Below, piece after piece: positions 39,847 to 49,239 of a stretch of 53,212 bases of DNA. The translations under genes were made by a program, and so were the position numbers. The first letter of the stretch is position 1. Every line of letters begins with the position of its first letter. The DNA comes from a virus (Duplodnaviria > Caudoviricetes): positions 1 to 53,212 of IMG/VR virus record IMGVR_UViG_3300023119_000036; one strand, 5' to 3'. The notes under the pieces were generated by a model. The model saw only the letters and a list, made by a program, of their open reading frames with translations. It did no database searches and had not been told where the DNA came from.

Positions 39847-42576
39847 CTACTGTACATTAGACGTTCCGTCTGCATTTTGTGGGCCAGGATCGTTTGTATT
39901 TTCTGGTTCAGTTGGTGCTTCTTGTGCTTCTTCTTCTGAAATTTCTTTAGAAGGAGCTGTATAATAGTCAGATCCTCTCGGGTCACCTTCATCGTGAATT
40001 TGTTGGTCAGTGCTAGGACCTTGTGGAATAATACCTGGGACAATCCTATAATTGCCGCCTTCGTTTGCTGCTACACTAAAATGCATTGCATCATCAATGC
40101 TAGTCCAAGCGCCGCCCCAGCCCAATCCAAACGATTTAGCAAGATCTCCTGTACCTTCTGGCATATCAGTAATTGGTGCATCTGCAGGCCTTGGGCTAAA
40201 CAATCCATTTGGAATTCCTCTTTGAACAGGATTAGGAGGATTAATATCTATTGCTGCACCACTTGCATGAGTACTCCAATTACTAGATCTACCAATATTT
40301 CTTTTACAGTATCCTAGTAATGTTTTGATAGTATAACCACTATCTTCTAATGCATCAATAAATCCTTGGAAGTTTGGCACCCAAATTTCAGCAACTTGTG
40401 CTGTAAGTCCACGTTTTTTAGTAGTAATTGTACCAAGGGGACCGTCTCCCTTAAAGAATCTATTACAATAATTATCTGTAGACCTTTCTCTATCAAGCTC
40501 AAAATTTGGAATAGATCTAAGTTCTGCTGCACCTGGTATATTTTCTGGTGGAACAACTTCGCCGTTTATGATTACATCATCTCCTGTAGTTCCGTAACTG
40601 CTGCTTCCTGCTGAGCCGTAAATAGGAGTAGATAGTTCTCTATTTGACTTTGTTTTAGTAAATGTATCTGGGGTCAAAATTCTATCTGATGGCATTAATT
40701 GTCCTGGCGATTCCCTGTCAGTTTGAACAGGCTTGAATGATAGTGGATTTAAATTTTCGTGGTGTAAATACGGTTCATGTTGCGGAGCTCTTGTAAGTAT
40801 ACTTTCATACGGAACAGTATCTTGTGCGCCAGGAAAAGTATATGGTAAAACAATTTGCGGTAATGGTGTAATACCTTCTGCAGGTTTAGCTAGTGTTGCT
40901 GATGTAGCACTTAACGCTGTAGTAGCTGCTGTACCTGCAACTGCTTTTTGTGTATTCCAAGATATTTTGTCTGCATCGCCTGCGATTGCTGCTCCACCTA
41001 TCATATTAATGCCGTTTTGTGCATCAAAATGTTGTGTATCTGCCTGCACATCGAAAACACCTGTAACAGTAGCATGCTGATCGCCTTGAGTGATAGTGTC
41101 AAAATTTGACACACTTAGTATTTTTGTATTAGACAATGAATGTAAATTTATGCCATCTGCTTTGTTTAGATAACTTCCTGCACTCAAATCATTAATATTA
41201 CTTGCGCTTTCTCTATAAAATGAATGTGCAGATTTTTGATTAAATGTTCCTTTAGAGGTATCAAATATATTACCAGCAGTTGTTTCTTGATTATTTTCAA
41301 CTGTGATATAACTACTATCATCTATTTTTACCTGACTAGTACCTAAAACATTTCTTTTATAATTGTTTCCTACAAGGATATTTGTATCAAAGGCGCTTTC
41401 TATTTGTATTCTGCCTGATTCAATACCGTCATATGTTTTTTGCCCATCACTGTATCTAGCTTGTGCTCTCATATTAATGTTTCTACCAGCATCAATATTA
41501 AAATCTCTTTCAGCCGTAAAATTAATATCTTGATTACTCATAACACTAATACTATCTTGTGCATGAATATCTATTTTTCCATCACTTGTTAATTCTACCC
41601 ATGCAGTTCCTCTACTGTTTGTAATATAGATTAAGTCTTCTGAATTGTGTAAGAGTATTTGATGTCCGGTCCTAGTTCTCAGTCTAAGTAATTCATTTTG
41701 AGGAATAGTTTCGTCGCCGCCTGCATCTCCGTTTGCTTTGTTTACATATACAGGAGGGCCATCTTCTGCGTGAGTAGCTCTGACAAATCTTTCGTCGCCA
41801 TCATCCATTACAAAACTAGATCCGCCTAGTCTGTTGTATGGAATATTTGCTTTTCTGTCTACAGATCCTACATCAAATTTAGGATTATTTTTTCTTTTAT
41901 CTTTAGGCCCAGGAGTACTCCATCCAAAAACCATGCTAGGAAAATCACGTCTAGCACTACTTGTTGTAATACCACGAGCTTCATCTAGAAGCAATCCTTG
42001 TACTTCTAAAATTTGGGTAAAGTCTTTGTTGTAAGGTTTACTAAAAAGTGTTGTATCTACTTTATCCCCAGTTTCAATTTTCTTATTATATTCTCCAACT
42101 GGTAATTTTACTCCTCTAAGATTGTCAGGAGTATTTTCAGTAGTTAGTGTAGTAGATGCACGGCCATCAGGAACCATAAAGTTCATATAGTCATCTTGTA
42201 CGCATCCTATCCAATATCCAAAGTTTTTATTACCTTCTGCAAATATAACAAGAACCTTAGTTCCTATATCAGGCGGAACTGCCCAAAATCCATAACTCTT
42301 CTGGGTAAATTCATAACCATCATTATTTTGCACACCTGCAGATGGAGTTACTCCATAAAATGGACTTAGATATCTTACAGTTTCCAATTGGCCTGTTTTT
42401 TGAGGTAAGTTAGCGCCTTGGGTGTACTTCAAAAGTTCTACTTCTAAAGTTCCCATGTTGTTTACATCAACATTATTAACAATTATTGCTTCATAAGGAA
42501 CACCTGCTTTAATAGCAAAAGAACTATCTCTGCTTGTGCGGGTATATGTAGTACCTCTTCTAGGATTTCTTGCCAT
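39847..42576 (-). CDS. gp5: Central spike gp5/VgrG-like protein with C-terminal M15 zinc peptidase
   Basis: OB-fold region (GFWAVPPDIGTKVLVIF.EG...YWIG), RTRTGH beta-helix start; C-terminal R...STHASGAAID and WGGAW..DDAMH (SxHxxGxAxD plus His of M15). Confidence 0.78.
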   Translation of the reverse strand: MARNPRRGTTYTRTSRDSSFAIKAGVPYEAIIVNNVDVNNMGTLEVELLKYTQGANLPQKTGQLETVRYLSPFYGVTPSAGVQNNDGYEFTQKSYGFWAVPPDIGTKVLVIFAEGNKNFGYWIGCVQDDYMNFMVPDGRASTTLTTENTPDNLRGVKLPVGEYNKKIETGDKVDTTLFSKPYNKDFTQILEVQGLLLDEARGITTSSARRDFPSMVFGWSTPGPKDKRKNNPKFDVGSVDRKANIPYNRLGGSSFVMDDGDERFVRATHAEDGPPVYVNKANGDAGGDETIPQNELLRLRTRTGHQILLHNSEDLIYITNSRGTAWVELTSDGKIDIHAQDSISVMSNQDINFTAERDFNIDAGRNINMRAQARYSDGQKTYDGIESGRIQIESAFDTNILVGNNYKRNVLGTSQVKIDDSSYITVENNQETTAGNIFDTSKGTFNQKSAHSFYRESASNINDLSAGSYLNKADGINLHSLSNTKILSVSNFDTITQGDQHATVTGVFDVQADTQHFDAQNGINMIGGAAIAGDADKISWNTQKAVAGTAATTALSATSATLAKPAEGITPLPQIVLPYTFPGAQDTVPYESILTRAPQHEPYLHHENLNPLSFKPVQTDRESPGQLMPSDRILTPDTFTKTKSNRELSTPIYGSAGSSSYGTTGDDVIINGEVVPPENIPGAAELRSIPNFELDRERSTDNYCNRFFKGDGPLGTITTKKRGLTAQVAEIWVPNFQGFIDALEDSGYTIKTLLGYCKRNIGRSSNWSTHASGAAIDINPPNPVQRGIPNGLFSPRPADAPITDMPEGTGDLAKSFGLGWGGAWTSIDDAMHFSVAANEGGNYRIVPGIIPQGPSTDQQIHDEGDPRGSDYYTAPSKEISEEEAQEAPTEPENTNDPGPQNADGTSNVQ

Positions 42577-42579
42577 TTA

Positions 42580-43884
42580 TTATATTCCGCCTGTGTTTAC
42601 CCAACTTTTTGATGCTTGCTTTGCTGCATCAATAGCTTTTTGTGCTTCATTTTCCACTAACTGCGTAGCTTCTCCTACTGCATCATCTATAGCATTAGTT
42701 AATTGATCTGTAATGCCTTCTTTGCTAAGACTGGCACCATCTAATATAGAATCCACACAAGGAGTAAAATCTGGTATTTTCTTACTAATAATTTCTATAC
42801 CTTTGTTTACTGCGTCTTTGATATCGTCTACGCTGAACGGTAATCCTGGTGCTGACTCATCTTTATTAGTTTCTGCTTCGGTAGGAAGGGGATCTGGAAC
42901 ATCTTTAGGAACTAGATCAGGCAGTGTTTCTTGTCCCGATGGATTTGCTGCATCAGGATCAGACGGTGCTTCTACAGGAGCAACGCCTGCATTTGTAGCT
43001 GTGTCAGATGCTCCTACAGAACTTGTAGTAATTGGTGTAGCGGCTGCTGAACTAATTCCATGAATTAATATATCTTTAACCTTTTCGCCAGTTCTAAAAT
43101 CATACCTGTCATCTAGTGGATCCATTCTTCCGTACACATAAGGATTATTAGGCTCAGGCAGTGCTAAACTATTAATTGGATATTCTCCTGCTCTCGTTTG
43201 CCTGTATGCACCAACACCTGCTCCTGCGGCTACACGTTCTACTTGTGCTCTATCACTTACTCCACTAACAGGTAGTGCTCTATTAGCTCCAGAAGTAGTT
43301 ACATCTATTTCTTTTATTTCTCCAGTTCCGCCATTTTTAATATCTTCAAGTGCTTGATATAAATGATCAGGATCATGATTAGCTTTGTTTAAGCCGTCGC
43401 CTGCATAAAAACTTTGACCTTTTCTTAGATTACGTCTGGGCTGTCCACTATAAACACTACCTGCAGGAACATCAAAAGGTACAGGCATACTAGCAAATTC
43501 AGCGGCTAAAAATACCATAAACTGTCCTGTACTAACACTACCTGTTTTCCATTGATTGTATCTACGAAATTTCTCTAGTCTCTTTATAATCATTGCATCT
43601 TGGACATCTGGAGAAAATACTGTCCGTAAAGGATCGCATCCTAAATATCCAGTACACTCTTCTACTACTCCTTTAAGCATTTGATACTTGCCACATGCAC
43701 TTGATCTTCTACCAGCATCTAAACGATTTTGCTGATAAGCTTGGACTTGAGATATAGTCATAGATGTAAGTTCTGGTTCTACGTGTCCTGGCCAAACACT
43801 ACAATAAGGATTGCTTCTTACAGCTTCGCCGTCTGCTATAAGTCTTAGTAATGCTCTATCTTGGTCTGAAACTGTAACTGCCAT
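42580..43884 (-). CDS. Virion-associated lytic transglycosylase (lambda-lysozyme/GH104-like) with long low-complexity C-terminus
   Basis: ALLRLIADGE (catalytic Glu), SSACGKYQM, FSPDVQD and FASMP parallel lambda R motifs SE, STAAGRYQ, FSP.SQD and WASLP. Confidence 0.75.
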   Translation of the reverse strand: MAVTVSDQDRALLRLIADGEAVRSNPYCSVWPGHVEPELTSMTISQVQAYQQNRLDAGRRSSACGKYQMLKGVVEECTGYLGCDPLRTVFSPDVQDAMIIKRLEKFRRYNQWKTGSVSTGQFMVFLAAEFASMPVPFDVPAGSVYSGQPRRNLRKGQSFYAGDGLNKANHDPDHLYQALEDIKNGGTGEIKEIDVTTSGANRALPVSGVSDRAQVERVAAGAGVGAYRQTRAGEYPINSLALPEPNNPYVYGRMDPLDDRYDFRTGEKVKDILIHGISSAAATPITTSSVGASDTATNAGVAPVEAPSDPDAANPSGQETLPDLVPKDVPDPLPTEAETNKDESAPGLPFSVDDIKDAVNKGIEIISKKIPDFTPCVDSILDGASLSKEGITDQLTNAIDDAVGEATQLVENEAQKAIDAAKQASKSWVNTGGI

Positions 43885-46800
43885 TTACACTAATCCCCTA
43901 AGCTTAATTGGAGAATTTTCTAATGCTTGATCTAGTGCCTCTTGCGCTACTTCTAATTCGGCCTTTATCTGAGGTGGTGCAGTAAACAAGCTCTTAGAAG
44001 GTGACCATGTTATTCCAGCAACAGTCACTGATGGTATTTGTGACATCACTGCATCTCCTGCAACTGTGCTCAAATCAGGAAATAAGTTACTTGCTACATT
44101 ATCTATTGCATCACCTATTTTAGTTTCTAATTGCTCAAAAGAATTACAAGGTTGATCTGTGTTAGGATCTTGTCCGTTTTCACCGGAATTGCCTTCTTCA
44201 CTATTTAAAGGATTATCGTTTACAGCAGAGTCTGAATTTGAAGTTATAAACGTTCCTGATTCGCCTTCAACTTCTTGTGCTCGTGATCTTACCATTCCTA
44301 ATTCTTGATAAAATTTGCCACCTTCAAAAATATTTTCTACATCTAATACTTGGAATACACCACTAAATTCAGGAATCAACTCAGAGTATACAACGTTATC
44401 GCCTGTTATACTATAATCGATAGGTGTTTTAAAATTTACATTTACATAAACTTGATTTTCTAAATAAGTCATGTATCCGTCTTGAGTGATAGACGGAGAA
44501 TTAGGATCTCTTTCTCCAACGTAATTTCCGGTTTGGGTTGGAATGTAATATGGATCTCCCATTATTGTCATATTTGCTGTAATTAAGTCTACATCTGAAT
44601 TTAATAATCTATGGTGAAAGGTTTCTGCCAATCGTTTTCTTATATCAGTAGTTCGACTATCACCAGTAATAGTCATTCTATTAGATTCTACTACTTGTCC
44701 GCCTCCTAATGCTTTTCTTTCACTTTGTGCATTACTTGTAGACGCACCGTCTTGCTCTCCTGTATTTTGGTATGATTTTCTGTCGCTACCTGCAGATGAT
44801 CTTGCACCTTGGTTCATGCCAAAATTTGCATATGCTTCTTGTAAAAAAGCGTTATTAAAGTTTATATCAAACTGCAATACATCATCATTTTTACCTGTAT
44901 AGATATAGTTGTATTCTTTAACTGCTGCTTTTTTGATTCCGCCGCGATTAGGTGCAACAGCATTAGGTGCAGTGTAGCTTGCTTCGTCAGCATAAAACGG
45001 AACAACAACATAAACAAAAATTTTAGGCGATCTTCCTAATTTTTTTACAGTTTCTTCATTGGTGTCAAAATACACATGGGTATTAATTCTGTACATTTTA
45101 CGTACACCGTTTTCAGATTGTTCTTCTGCATTTTCAGCTGCATATTCGCTATCTACTAAAACTTTTTCAATTATTTCATCAATACGCTGACCTGTTGGAA
45201 ATGATTTTGTCCTAGTCTTTTGTGCTGGAGCTGCCTCTGCATTGTTTACATCAATTTGATCTCCATTTTCGTCATACAAAATATCACTATCAGGTACAGG
45301 TTGATTGCCGCCTTCAGCATCGTCATTTAGTAAAAGTGATAATCCAATAGGATTCATAAAATCTTTATTTCTAGAAAAAGAATCTAAATTTTGGAATATA
45401 CTGTTTTCAGAAGTTACGACAACTTCTTCTAAGGTTTCTTTCTTAACAGCAGATTCTTCTGGTCTTTCTGCAAGCCCTTTTTCTATTCTAGTTTGTTCAG
45501 CAGCATCTATATCTTCTGTAGTAGCATCTCCTGACTCAAATTCACCTTCAACAATTGCCTGAATTGCACCAGGATCTTTAGGGAAACAAATTACATATCT
45601 ATCACCTTGAGGTATTGCATCTACATCTTCTAAAGTATCTATTCTTTGATTGAGAACAGCCGCTACCGACTTATCTGGGCCGTTAAGTATTTCTGCAACT
45701 GTTGAACCTGTTGCAGTTATGTCAGACAATGTAGTTGCCGCAGTATCTCCTAGTGCTACTTCACTTAGCGGAACACATGATACATTGTAAACACTTCCTT
45801 GCCCACTAACTTCAAATCCCACATCAAGTATTTGTATAGGAATAAATGCAGGAGTTTGTACTAAAGATCCTCCTTGCTCATTATTGCTTTCGTATCCTAT
45901 AAAGTCAATCTTTATACAAAACGGTGCATCATTAAAATTTTCATATCCTAGATCAGCAGCGCCTTCAACAAGAGCTTGTAAAAAATTGCCCATACTATAT
46001 GGTTCTTGTATTTCAAAACTTAGATCAGTACCCAAAGAAATACCTGTTCTTGTATTTGGTTGAATTACTGCTTTAGTCCTTAAATTATCAATAAAGTATT
46101 CTGCGTGTATTCCTAAGTCTTGTTCTAAAGGTATTTGATGCCTTTTGTCTATTTGTCCGCCAGCAGATTTGCATATAATTTTTTTGAAACTATCATCACG
46201 AATGATTTGAGGATTGTTTACATCATTTATAGTTAGAACACCTAATGTGATTATATAATTGAATGTGTTATATTCTTTTAATGGATTTGCTATGTAGTTT
46301 CCTGTGCCAGATCCAGAAAAATCTATATCTAGAGAAATACCTGATCTATCTTCAAACTCTTCAATAAGTTCGCGTAAAACATCAAATTCGCCACCTACTG
46401 CTCCAAGAATAGATTCAAAATCTTTAGGTATGACATTAATTGTATTTGTAACAAAATTTTCAATATTACTAAAGCCGCCTATTATATTGTTTAATTTGTC
46501 AAATCCAAAATCTAAAACAAAATCGCCAGGAGAAGTAAATGTTCCTAATTTTCTTTCAATGGCATTAGTTATTGCTCCAATTTCATCAGAACCTAAACCA
46601 GCAAACAAAGCATTAGTATCTAAGCTTGCACTTAATGCTTGGGCAGGAGAAAGTGTTGGATTAGAAGCAAAAGTGCTTAATAAACTATCTAGTTTGAGCA
46701 CTCCTTGCTCTTGCAAATAATTAAAGCCCCCAGACTGAAACTTATCTAACTGCTGTGCACTAAAAGAAGAATTAGCAAAAAAATTACTTACTGCTCCTAT

Positions 46801-47010
46801 TGCAGCACTTGTCTTGTCGTTACGCAGCCCTGAAAATACATCATTGACTCCTTGGGTTAACGCACTGCCTGGATCTGAAAATTCTTTAGCATTTTGTCCT
46901 GCTTGCTGCACTCCAGAAGATGCATTTTTTATAGGAGCCGTTAGAGAATCAACAGTTGAATCAACAGCTTGTGTGAGAGAGTCAGATGTGTCTTTCCAGG
47001 TATCGGCCAT
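43885..47010 (-). CDS. Baseplate hub-like protein (gp27/GpD-like) with ~230-aa N-terminal extension
   Basis: Sits between the gp53-like and gp5-like genes; NPL..Y.TFNY.ITL, I.EPYS..F, MTIMGDP and FSGVFQV..VEN.F.GGKF.Q.L motifs typical of hub proteins. Confidence 0.65.
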   Translation of the reverse strand: MADTWKDTSDSLTQAVDSTVDSLTAPIKNASSGVQQAGQNAKEFSDPGSALTQGVNDVFSGLRNDKTSAAIGAVSNFFANSSFSAQQLDKFQSGGFNYLQEQGVLKLDSLLSTFASNPTLSPAQALSASLDTNALFAGLGSDEIGAITNAIERKLGTFTSPGDFVLDFGFDKLNNIIGGFSNIENFVTNTINVIPKDFESILGAVGGEFDVLRELIEEFEDRSGISLDIDFSGSGTGNYIANPLKEYNTFNYIITLGVLTINDVNNPQIIRDDSFKKIICKSAGGQIDKRHQIPLEQDLGIHAEYFIDNLRTKAVIQPNTRTGISLGTDLSFEIQEPYSMGNFLQALVEGAADLGYENFNDAPFCIKIDFIGYESNNEQGGSLVQTPAFIPIQILDVGFEVSGQGSVYNVSCVPLSEVALGDTAATTLSDITATGSTVAEILNGPDKSVAAVLNQRIDTLEDVDAIPQGDRYVICFPKDPGAIQAIVEGEFESGDATTEDIDAAEQTRIEKGLAERPEESAVKKETLEEVVVTSENSIFQNLDSFSRNKDFMNPIGLSLLLNDDAEGGNQPVPDSDILYDENGDQIDVNNAEAAPAQKTRTKSFPTGQRIDEIIEKVLVDSEYAAENAEEQSENGVRKMYRINTHVYFDTNEETVKKLGRSPKIFVYVVVPFYADEASYTAPNAVAPNRGGIKKAAVKEYNYIYTGKNDDVLQFDINFNNAFLQEAYANFGMNQGARSSAGSDRKSYQNTGEQDGASTSNAQSERKALGGGQVVESNRMTITGDSRTTDIRKRLAETFHHRLLNSDVDLITANMTIMGDPYYIPTQTGNYVGERDPNSPSITQDGYMTYLENQVYVNVNFKTPIDYSITGDNVVYSELIPEFSGVFQVLDVENIFEGGKFYQELGMVRSRAQEVEGESGTFITSNSDSAVNDNPLNSEEGNSGENGQDPNTDQPCNSFEQLETKIGDAIDNVASNLFPDLSTVAGDAVMSQIPSVTVAGITWSPSKSLFTAPPQIKAELEVAQEALDQALENSPIKLRGLV

Positions 47011-47331
47011 TTATGTTCCTAAAATTGATCTGAGATGCTTTCTTTGAGGAACATAAATTTTTGTTCCTGCAATAAAATCAAACAACGGATCTTTGATTAT
47101 GTCTGGATTCCTCTGCGCAAATATCCACCACAATTCACGAGCTCCATATAAATCGTGTGCAAGTAAATCAGGTCTGTATGTATAAGCAGGAGTTATTTCA
47201 TATAATAAATCGTCGCCTGCAACGGGAACAGGTCTAGGCTTTAATATATCAAGATAGCCAGCACCATTAATTTTAGTTTTTCCGTACGGACCTTTATTCC
47301 GTATTTTTTTGATATTTAGATCTAAAGCCAT
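47011..47331 (-). CDS. gp53: Baseplate wedge protein, gp53-like (LysM fold)
   Basis: YRPDLLAHDLYG...LWWIFAQRN...DPLFDF..G..IYVP. Confidence 0.85.
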   Translation of the reverse strand: MALDLNIKKIRNKGPYGKTKINGAGYLDILKPRPVPVAGDDLLYEITPAYTYRPDLLAHDLYGARELWWIFAQRNPDIIKDPLFDFIAGTKIYVPQRKHLRSILGT

Positions 47332-48263
47332 TAGATAAATCCTTGATCTCTGTTAACAAAATCACCACGTGCAAATTTTTCTAAGCTAAACTGACTTGTA
47401 GCAGATCTTGCATAATTTGGTATAACTGTCACAGTAAATATACTCTGTGTAGGAACATATGTGGTTTGTCCACCTACTGTACATTCTATGTAGTCTACAT
47501 CAGCAGGCATATCTGTTGTGAAATTAGTAATTAGTACAGGTATATTGTTGAAAACATGTTTGCCATAACCATTCAATCTACAAACTGGAGGAGGGTTACC
47601 AACAGAATCACTTTCTCCATAATACATTTTTGTCATTGTTCTTAAAAAATGCAAACATGCTATCCAATATTTTGCATCTGCTTGATTCTCACTAAAAAAT
47701 TCGCCCGTTATAGTAATGTTGTCTGTTTGGCTGTTTTCATATGCATAAAAAGGGTGATTAGTGTGTACAGGATGAACTGCATTATAGTTTGCACTTGATC
47801 CTAAAATTACAGTAGGAGTAAACGGAAATAGCATACTGTTGTCAGTGCTAACAATAGGTGCCATAATTTCTCCGTCTAACAAATCTCCAGGAGCTGTTAT
47901 CTTTACACGCCAATCAAGAGCATCTACTGTTGTGTAATCATCTCTAATTATAGCACGTATAAAATTATCAAACTGTGGTGCTGCTCCATAACCTAAACCT
48001 TGTAAAGCATTAGATGCCATTCTAATAGCAGAGCCAACTCCACTAGAACTACCTCCTCTATTAATTAAGGAATCAACAGCACCTAGTGCATTTGCAACAT
48101 TTTGTAGATTGTTGCCTCTTCCTGAACCAAGATTAGAAAAGGAGGTAGCAACGGTGTTCAGGTCACGTGTGACTCTGTTCACAGTAGATACTGTGTTTAC
48201 CACATTAATCGTGCCTTTGACAATGTCGCCTGCAAGATTGTTAAAAGATGAAAAAATTGACAT
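47331..48263 (-). CDS. Tail tube initiator / baseplate tube cap (gp48/gp54-like)
   Basis: FPFTP...Y....PVHTN...ITITGEF...G.PPPVCRL.GYG..VF.NIPV.IT.F...P.DVDY tube-initiator pattern; AGGAGA RBS. Confidence 0.7.
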   Translation of the reverse strand: MSIFSSFNNLAGDIVKGTINVVNTVSTVNRVTRDLNTVATSFSNLGSGRGNNLQNVANALGAVDSLINRGGSSSGVGSAIRMASNALQGLGYGAAPQFDNFIRAIIRDDYTTVDALDWRVKITAPGDLLDGEIMAPIVSTDNSMLFPFTPTVILGSSANYNAVHPVHTNHPFYAYENSQTDNITITGEFFSENQADAKYWIACLHFLRTMTKMYYGESDSVGNPPPVCRLNGYGKHVFNNIPVLITNFTTDMPADVDYIECTVGGQTTYVPTQSIFTVTVIPNYARSATSQFSLEKFARGDFVNRDQGFI

Positions 48264-48280
48264 ATAAGGTATCTCCTATA

Positions 48281-48287
48281 GTATTTA
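48281..48287 (-). promoter_or_regulatory. Putative late promoter TAAATAC heading the baseplate operon
   Basis: TAAATAC-TAT-AGGAGA upstream of the ATG at 48263. Confidence 0.7.
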
Positions 48288-48288
48288 G

Positions 48289-48317
48289 TTGACAAAATTA
48301 TCCTAGTATATTATAAT
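48289..48317 (+). promoter_or_regulatory. Consensus sigma70 promoter for the late sigma factor gene
   Basis: TTGACA (48289-48294), N17, TATAAT (48312-48317); AGGAG RBS follows. Confidence 0.9.
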
Positions 48318-48340
48318 AAGTACTGTACATAGGAGTCGTT

Positions 48341-49183
48341 ATGAGAAAAAGAAATTACCTCAACAACAAAGATATTCTAAAGGAAATACATAAATCAAAA
48401 AATACATATAATAGCTTTATAGACAAAGATTATCATCAGTTTGATATTATACTTCCAGATATCGAGAAAATTAATATCAGAACCATTGCTGAAGCAAAGC
48501 GTAACAAGGCAAAAAGACTAAGCACAGAAGATTACGAACTTCGTAAAGGTGCAGGTGAAAAAGTCAAACAGGCAGATTGCGAAATAGATTATAAAACAAT
48601 TACTAAGGAAGAATTAATCTTTCGCATTATGACATTTGATCACATACCAGACGAGCCAGGACGTAAGAAAAATCCTAAGACAGTAGCAGATACCAAAACA
48701 AAATTAAATTTTCCTCCATTTCAACATTATAAATTTAATGAAAACGACGAACTTGTTTGTGTAGGCAAAAGCCATTGGGTAGGCGGAATGGAAAATGGTC
48801 ATTTTTCAAAAGACCACGGTAAAGCAACAGACAATTTAGCACTAATGTGGATGAAGCTATGTGATCGCTATGCAACACGAGGGAATGTACGTGGCTACAC
48901 CTACAATGACGAAATGCGTGGACAAGCAATACTGCAACTTGCACAGATTGGCTTACAGTTTGACGAAAGCAAGTCACAAAACCCATTTGCATATTACACA
49001 GCAGCAGTTACAAACTCGTTTGTGCGTGTTATCAACATTGAAAAACGCAATCAAAACATTAGAGACGACATCCTTGAAATGAATGATCTTAATCCTAGCT
49101 ACACAAGACTGCATGAAGGAGAATGGGAAGCTGCCGTAAAGAGAAACGAAGAAGCTTCTGCAACATCTTTTTCAAAAAAGTAG
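48341..49183 (+). CDS. gp55: Late-transcription sigma factor, T4 gp55-like
   Basis: NYLNNKDIL N-terminus; RGYTYNDEM...FDESKSQNPFAYYT; lies upstream of gp47/gp46 as in T4-like phages. Confidence 0.85.
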   Translation: MRKRNYLNNKDILKEIHKSKNTYNSFIDKDYHQFDIILPDIEKINIRTIAEAKRNKAKRLSTEDYELRKGAGEKVKQADCEIDYKTITKEELIFRIMTFDHIPDEPGRKKNPKTVADTKTKLNFPPFQHYKFNENDELVCVGKSHWVGGMENGHFSKDHGKATDNLALMWMKLCDRYATRGNVRGYTYNDEMRGQAILQLAQIGLQFDESKSQNPFAYYTAAVTNSFVRVINIEKRNQNIRDDILEMNDLNPSYTRLHEGEWEAAVKRNEEASATSFSKK

Positions 49184-49212
49184 TTGACAACCGTTAAGAA
49201 ATAATATATACT
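49184..49212 (+). promoter_or_regulatory. Sigma70-type promoter for gp47/gp46
   Basis: TTGACA (49184-49189), N17, TATACT (49207-49212). Confidence 0.82.
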
Positions 49213-49239
49213 TTAACAAAGCTATGGAGAATATTAGAT

